DNA of 64,000 bases from contig CAVZPD010000028.1 in the NCBI GenBank assembly GCA_963777045.1, positions 25,183 to 89,182 of the forward strand, read 5' to 3'. Position numbers and translations under genes: made by a program. Below are positions 60,301 through 64,000 of the stretch, piece by piece (positions within the stretch are counted from its first letter, which is position 1; each line of letters begins with the position of its first letter). This DNA comes from an uncultured Chloroflexia bacterium. Lineage in GTDB: Bacteria; Chloroflexota; Limnocylindria; QHBO01. The notes beneath the pieces were generated by a model. The model searched no databases. It saw only the letters and a program-made list of their open reading frames with translations, and was not told the origin of the DNA.

Positions 60301-62838
60301 GGCACCGCTGCCAACCCGGTCCTCTACGTCACCTCCAGCGACCCGCGCATCGGCGCCGGCGGCAGCGGGACGGACACCGGCCTCGACACGAACTCCGGCA
60401 CGATCTCGCGCCTCACCTGGAACGGGACGAGCTGGGACAAGGTGGACCTCGTCCACGGCCTGCCGCGCTCGGAGGAGAACCACTCCACCAACGGCATGGC
60501 GCTCGACACGTCGACCAATACGCTCTACGTCGCCCAGGGCGGCAACACCAACGCCGGCGCACCGGCGAACAACTTCGCCCTGCTGCCCGAGTACGCGCTC
60601 TCGGCGGCGATCCTGTCGGTCGACCTCGACGCCATCGGCGATACCACCTACAACCTGCCGACGCTTGACGCGACCAGCCCCAACGAGCCGTTCGGCGGCA
60701 TGGACGGTGCGAACCAGGCGCTCCTCGTCAGTGGCGGCCCGGTCCAGGTCTACTCGCCGGGATTCCGCAATCCGTACGACCTGGTGCTGACCGCCGACGG
60801 CCAGCTCTACACGATCGACAACGGCTCGAACGCCGGCTGGGGCGACGTCCCGGTCAACGAGGGCGCCGCTGGCAACTGCACCAACGGCGTCAACGAGGGC
60901 GGCCCGACCGATTCGGACAACCTCCACTACATCAGTGGCGCCGGCTACTACGGCGGCCACCCCAACCCGACTCGCGGCAACACCGCGAACACCTTCGGCG
61001 GGCAGTCACCGGTGCAGACCGGTGCCAACCCCATCGAGTGCGACTACCAGATGCCCGGCAGCGGCGATGGGGCGCTGACGCTGTTCAACAGCTCCACCAA
61101 CGGCCTGACCGAGTACACCGCCAGCAACTTCGGCGGCGCCATGGCCGGCGACCTGCTGGCGGCCAGCTTCAGCGGCAACGTATGGAGGATTCAGCTCAAC
61201 GGTGCCGGTGACGCGGTCACCGACAAGACGAGCCTCTTCAGCGGCTTCGCCAGCAGTCCGCTCGACGTCACCGCGCAGGGCGATGACGATATCTTCCCTG
61301 GCACCGTCTGGGTCGCGGCCCACGGCAGCAACGACATCACCGTCTTCGAGCCAGGCGACTACGACGGCGGCGGTGGAACCACCTGCACCGGCGCCGATGA
61401 TCCATCCCTCGACGAGGACAGCGACGGGTACACCAACGCGGACGAGATCGACAACGGGACGGACCCGTGCTCGGCCGCCAGCACGCCGCCCGACTACGAT
61501 TCCGACGGCGTCTCCAACCTGAACGACCCCGACGACGACAACGACGGCATCAACGACACCACCGATCCGTTCGCCGTCGATCCGGACAACGGGATGACGA
61601 CCAGCATCCCGGTCACGTACGACTTCAGCCCGAACTCCGCGCCCGACAGCCTCCTCGGCCTGGGCTTCACAGGGCTGATGACGAACGGGACCGATTACCT
61701 GGATCTGTTCGATCCCGACAGCATGACGGCGGGTGGGGCAGCCGGTGTCCTGACCGTCGACGCAGTCCCCGCGGGCGACGCGCACGCGGCGACGAATACC
61801 CAGCAGTACGGCTTCCAGTTCGGGATCGACGCCGCGTCGGCGACCGAGCCGTTCACGGTGCACACCCAGGTGCTCAGCCCCTTCGGCGGCAGTACGCCGT
61901 CGAACTACCAGTCGGTTGGCCTCTTCATCGGCAACGGTGACCAGGACAACTACCTGAAGCTGGTGGTGGCCGCCAATGGCGGCACGGGCGGCATCCAGTT
62001 CGCCAAGGAAGTGGCCGGCTCCTTCACCTCGATCGCCAACCCCGACGTGGCGTCAGTGGTCGGGTCGAGCAGTGTTGACCTGTACCTCGTCGTTGACCCA
62101 ACGGTCACCGACCCCACGGTCGAGGCCTACTACTCGATCGATGGTGGTGCTCTGCAGTCGGTCGGCAGTACCACGATCCCGGCGGAGTGGGTCACCGCGT
62201 CCGACGGCACGGCCCTGGCCGTGGGCGTCATCGCGACGTCGAACGGCGCCGATCCGTTCACGGCCAGCTGGAACCTGATCGAGGTCACCAGCGGGACGGT
62301 GGGGGGTGGCGGCGGTACCGCCGCCCACTACCGGGTGAACGCCGGTGGCCCCGCCATCTCGAGCTCGGACGGGCCGGATTGGACCGCCGATACCAGCGGC
62401 GCGCCGTCGGAGTACGTGAACGCCGTCGCGGCGGACACCCAGACCTACTCCACCGGCGACACCATCACCCTCGACTCCTCGGTGCCGGCCGGCACGCCAA
62501 TGGAGCTGTTTCAGACGGAGCGCTACGACCAGGCCACCGGGGAGGAGATGACGTGGAGCTTCCCGGTCACGGCGGGGACGACCTACGAGGTCCGCCTCTA
62601 CCTGGCCGAGATCTTCCTCGACTCCTCGAACAACGATACGCAGGGGCCACGTATCTTCGATGTGACGATCGAGGGATCAACGGTCATCAGTGGCCTCGAC
62701 ATGTACGACCAGTACGGGTCCGATGTCGGGGTAATGCAGTCGTTCTCGGTCACGCCGACCGACGACACGCTGACGATCACCTTCGTGCATGACCAGGAGA
62801 ACCCCAACGTCAAGGCGATCGAGGTGATCGAGCAGTAG
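57337..62838 (+). CDS. giant secreted multidomain surface protein (SLH-like anchor repeats, Ig-like domains, two malectin-like domains, beta-propeller, Asp-rich Ca-binding repeats)
   Basis: The ATG at 57337 follows GGGAGGA. The signal peptide ends VYA-NH. Domain evidence is listed in the sub-features. A strong hairpin follows the stop codon. Confidence 0.85.
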   Translation: MPRATIARSAAIFVAISLAVMGTFTLRPQPVYANHFTDISDSPFVNDILWLEDQDITAGCSPTEFCPDGHVTRGQMAAFLSRALGLTVRADDPFTDDDTSIFEGDIERIYAAGITAGCGDHVYCPTRDITRAEMAAYLDRAFDLPAGSGNHFTDDNTSPFEGNIEALYASGITAGCSPTQFCPTRPITRAEMAAFLHRAAPYFTGEPTNHAPVLDNIPDQTSEEGESVSLAVSASDADADSLSYSASGLPAGLSIDAGTGLISGTVDTGASSGSPYSVEVTVSDGDLSDSTTFSWTVTSPPSSNASAHVEITPTGGIDASTYSADGFQITNTSDAGVMIESISFDLSTAMLPDIVFDPNGTAGDATGKCLTPDSGSAETGFQTPTDPCTDPYSSPHDGDSADGYDVITLTFTDFAPGETFTFSTDVDPTSIKGASTTGGSGSVGGVELTGSNVSTTFSDGTIATDVWHIPSSDSGSQATLVAGLPAAPQLDVSGVTLESTTLSDAHTAATVEAGTQTVLVTGTPNADVSVLVLDVVLSATPGYDLETYEANNVEAIDSYEVALDGSGSGSVAVTLAEGLNYIAAAELSSAGDAGDMSNVVVLDYQPGGGTSGVIYRINAGGPLLSDTAGDWLEDQAAASADAGGTAVAGTPSQYVNDGTAGDKTYGQDVAISMDASVPAGTPEALFQRERYDPPAGDEMQWSFPVDPGSYEVRLYFAELYSGAMSEGARVFDVSIEGNLVLDNYDIYAAVGGETGVMKSFIVTSDDTLTITFGHDTENPAIKGIEILATDVAGILSASPSSVDFGNVEVGTTAGQTVTLTNLGTTGDPTITISDVSAGGDFSASLAGSDTLAPGGTTTVDVSFTPGSSGSHADQLTVTHSGSNSPLSVALSGDAYEPGSAPVSFNPQELSGTDLGNPTSLQFGPDDRLYVSQQNGLIKAYTIIRNGTADYSITDTETIDLINNITNHNDDGTVATGVNGRQVTGLLVAGTAANPVLYVTSSDPRIGAGGSGTDTGLDTNSGTISRLTWNGTSWDKVDLVHGLPRSEENHSTNGMALDTSTNTLYVAQGGNTNAGAPANNFALLPEYALSAAILSVDLDAIGDTTYNLPTLDATSPNEPFGGMDGANQALLVSGGPVQVYSPGFRNPYDLVLTADGQLYTIDNGSNAGWGDVPVNEGAAGNCTNGVNEGGPTDSDNLHYISGAGYYGGHPNPTRGNTANTFGGQSPVQTGANPIECDYQMPGSGDGALTLFNSSTNGLTEYTASNFGGAMAGDLLAASFSGNVWRIQLNGAGDAVTDKTSLFSGFASSPLDVTAQGDDDIFPGTVWVAAHGSNDITVFEPGDYDGGGGTTCTGADDPSLDEDSDGYTNADEIDNGTDPCSAASTPPDYDSDGVSNLNDPDDDNDGINDTTDPFAVDPDNGMTTSIPVTYDFSPNSAPDSLLGLGFTGLMTNGTDYLDLFDPDSMTAGGAAGVLTVDAVPAGDAHAATNTQQYGFQFGIDAASATEPFTVHTQVLSPFGGSTPSNYQSVGLFIGNGDQDNYLKLVVAANGGTGGIQFAKEVAGSFTSIANPDVASVVGSSSVDLYLVVDPTVTDPTVEAYYSIDGGALQSVGSTTIPAEWVTASDGTALAVGVIATSNGADPFTASWNLIEVTSGTVGGGGGTAAHYRVNAGGPAISSSDGPDWTADTSGAPSEYVNAVAADTQTYSTGDTITLDSSVPAGTPMELFQTERYDQATGEEMTWSFPVTAGTTYEVRLYLAEIFLDSSNNDTQGPRIFDVTIEGSTVISGLDMYDQYGSDVGVMQSFSVTPTDDTLTITFVHDQENPNVKAIEVIEQ
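57436..57933 (+). repeat. three SLH-like repeats (about 55 aa each)
   Basis: The consensus is F-T-D ... F ... DI ... ITAGC ... FCP ... TR(G/A)(Q/E)MAAFL-RA. It occurs three times, each with a conserved Cys pair. Confidence 0.65.
59173..59697 (+). other. malectin-like carbohydrate-binding domain 1
   Basis: YRINAGGP ... DW ... YV ... VPAGTPEALFQRERY ... MQWSFPV ... YEVRLYFAE ... RVFDVSIEG ... ITF ... NPAIKGIEI. Confidence 0.6.
60046..61353 (+). other. beta-propeller region (glucose/sorbosone dehydrogenase-like)
   Basis: LQFGPDDRLYVSQQNG, HGLPRSEENHSTNGMALD, and SPGFRNPYDLVLTADGQLYTIDNGSNAGWGD. Confidence 0.5.
61393..61593 (+). repeat. Asp-rich calcium-binding repeats (thrombospondin type 3-like)
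   Basis: DEDSDGYTNADEIDNGTDP, DYDSDGVSNLNDPDDDNDGINDTTDP. Confidence 0.55.
62326..62835 (+). other. malectin-like carbohydrate-binding domain 2
   Basis: YRVNAGGP ... DW ... YV ... VPAGTPMELFQTERY ... MTWSFPV ... YEVRLYLAE ... RIFDVTIEG ... ITF ... NPNVKAIEV. It is collinear with domain 1. Confidence 0.6.
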
Positions 62839-62859
62839 CGCCTGCCTCCTCCTGCTGGC

Positions 62860-62889
62860 GAGGGCCGCGGCCTCCGGGCCGCGGCCCTC
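62860..62889 (+). terminator. strong GC hairpin after the giant gene
   Basis: GAGGGCCGCGGCC, the loop TCCG, then GGCCGCGGCCCTC gives a perfect 13-bp stem, 22 nt after the stop. There is no U-tract. Confidence 0.6.
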
Positions 62890-62998
62890 TCACGCCCAGC
62901 GCGGTTCGATCTCGGGGCAGATAGGGGCCATGTGACCCGGGCATAGGGGGCCGGCCCGCACCGCATGGAGCCCCCGATCCTCGTAACATGGGCCATGT

Positions 62999-63298
62999 AT
63001 GACACGAGACCGAGCTGCGGGGGCCATCGGCTTCGGCTCCAGCACGTCCAACGACCACAAGGACGGCATCCGCTGGGTTGACTACGGCAACATCAGCTGG
63101 AACCCCGTCTTCTGCAAGCGCTGCGACATCTGCGTCGAGATCTGCCCCAAGGACACCCTGGTGCTGCGCAACGACGCGATCATCGAGGAGGAGAACTGCA
63201 TCCTCTGCGGCCTCTGTGAGCGCTACTGCCCCGACCTGGCGATCGAGATGATCCCGGCCGCGGTGGCCGCGCACGAGGCGAAGGGGAAGGCCGAGTGA
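62999..63298 (+). CDS. 4Fe-4S dicluster ferredoxin-like delta subunit of 2-oxoacid:ferredoxin oxidoreductase
   Basis: CKRCDICVEICP and CILCGLCERYCP cluster motifs. The stop overlaps the next start (GTGA). Confidence 0.8.
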   Translation: MTRDRAAGAIGFGSSTSNDHKDGIRWVDYGNISWNPVFCKRCDICVEICPKDTLVLRNDAIIEEENCILCGLCERYCPDLAIEMIPAAVAAHEAKGKAE

Positions 63299-64000
63299 CC
63301 CGCAAACTGACGCAGGGCAACGAAGCCGTCTTCCGCGGCGCGGTCGCGGCAGGAGCCAGCTACTACGCCGGCTATCCCATCTCGCCGTCGACCGAGATCC
63401 TCAACGTCGCGTCGGGTTGGGCGGCGGAGCACCCCGAGTTCCGCTTCCTGCAGGAAGAGGACGAGATCGCCAGCGCCAACGCGATCCTGGGCGCCTCGCT
63501 CGCCGGCGCGAAGTCCTTCACCGCGACGAGCGGGCCCGGCTTCAGCCTGATGCAGGAGGCGGTCGGCTACGGGCAGAAGGTGGGTATCCCGACCGTCTTC
63601 GTCAACGTGCAGCGCGTGGGTCCGGCAACGGGCATGCCGACCATGCCGGGCCAGGGCGACATCATGCAGGTCAGGTACGGCAGCACCGGCGACTACAGCC
63701 CCATCGCCTTCTACCCCAACGGCGTGGCGGAGGCCTTCCGCACCACGGTCGAGGCTTTCAACGCCGCCGAGGAGTCGCGCAGCCCGGTCGTGGTCCTGAG
63801 CGACACGTTCGTGGGCCACCTCAACGAGGTGGTGGACCTCGATGAGCTCCGCGAAGGTCTGCGCGTGGTCGAGCGCAGCATCCCGCCGCTGGGAAAGCAC
63901 GAGCCGGGGAAGCCGCGCTTCTTCGCCGGTGTGCTGATGTACGAGCACGGGCCAAACGCCGGTGAGCCCGCGACCGCAGACGCCGACGAGTACCTGCGCC
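63295..64000 (+). CDS. 2-oxoacid:ferredoxin oxidoreductase alpha subunit (3' end cut by window edge)
   Basis: GTG start. The sequence reads TRKLTQGNEAVFRGAVAAGASYYAGYPISPSTEI ... EDEIASANAILGASLAGAKSFTATSGPGFSLMQE. The frame is open to the window end, so it is not listed in the track. Confidence 0.85.
   Translation, partial: MTRKLTQGNEAVFRGAVAAGASYYAGYPISPSTEILNVASGWAAEHPEFRFLQEEDEIASANAILGASLAGAKSFTATSGPGFSLMQEAVGYGQKVGIPTVFVNVQRVGPATGMPTMPGQGDIMQVRYGSTGDYSPIAFYPNGVAEAFRTTVEAFNAAEESRSPVVVLSDTFVGHLNEVVDLDELREGLRVVERSIPPLGKHEPGKPRFFAGVLMYEHGPNAGEPATADADEYLR

Noticed and set aside
57517-60960. 1147-aa ORF antisense to the giant surface protein gene
   Set aside because: Its translation is dominated by Arg, Gly, Ala, Val and Asp runs with no recognisable motif. 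It lies exactly opposite a gene with clear domain content. This is a typical GC-driven shadow ORF.
62890-62998. Short repeated words (ATAGGGGCC twice, GGCCATGT twice) upstream of the oxidoreductase operon
   Set aside because: The repeats are short, imperfectly spaced, and compatible with chance in a 110-nt region. I noted them but do not call them a regulatory site.

Overview
All calls come from reading the sequence and the ORF track by eye. No database, HMM or RNA-folding search was run, so family names are motif-level calls and start codons are best guesses.

The window is a very GC-rich chromosomal segment, roughly two thirds to 70 percent GC by eye (not computed). It is densely packed with about 62 protein genes on both strands. 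I found no rRNA, tRNA, CRISPR array, transposase, integrase or phage gene.

Content is a mix of three kinds of gene:
- Housekeeping genes: proS, tdk, 6-phosphofructokinase, msrA, trxA, cyclophilin, and the start of a 2-oxoacid:ferredoxin oxidoreductase operon.
- Many transporters: ABC-2, three MFS, two EamA, TauE, VIT1, CorA, ClC.
- Many small regulators: two MarR, two ArsR, PadR, a SARP/AfsR-type NTPase regulator, an ECF42-type sigma factor with its YciI partner, and two two-component systems.

An F420-type LLM oxidoreductase, SLH-like anchoring repeats and a putative leaderless promoter fit an actinobacterial or Chloroflexota-like host, but this is inference only. Most long ORFs in the track that run antisense to these genes are GC-driven shadow ORFs.

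Items most worth a second look:
1. A receiver domain fused to a thioredoxin-reductase-like flavoprotein that lacks the CxxC redox centre, paired with a cyclic-nucleotide-binding histidine kinase.
2. A 355-nt proS leader with four alternating copies of a 12-nt motif that allow mutually exclusive helices, plus a perfect 28-nt tandem repeat.
3. An SRAP peptidase translationally coupled to a stand-alone Pnkp-type polynucleotide kinase.
4. A PadR regulator coupled to a Rieske protein with an extra N-terminal domain.
5. An 1833-aa SLH-like-anchored protein with two malectin-like domains and a beta-propeller, next to tandem CapA lipoproteins, a VanY peptidase and a two-component system.
6. An unusual number of frameshifted or truncated genes: ZIP, multicopper oxidase, a lipoprotein, CapA and a CorA tail. 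These are either real decay or assembly indels.
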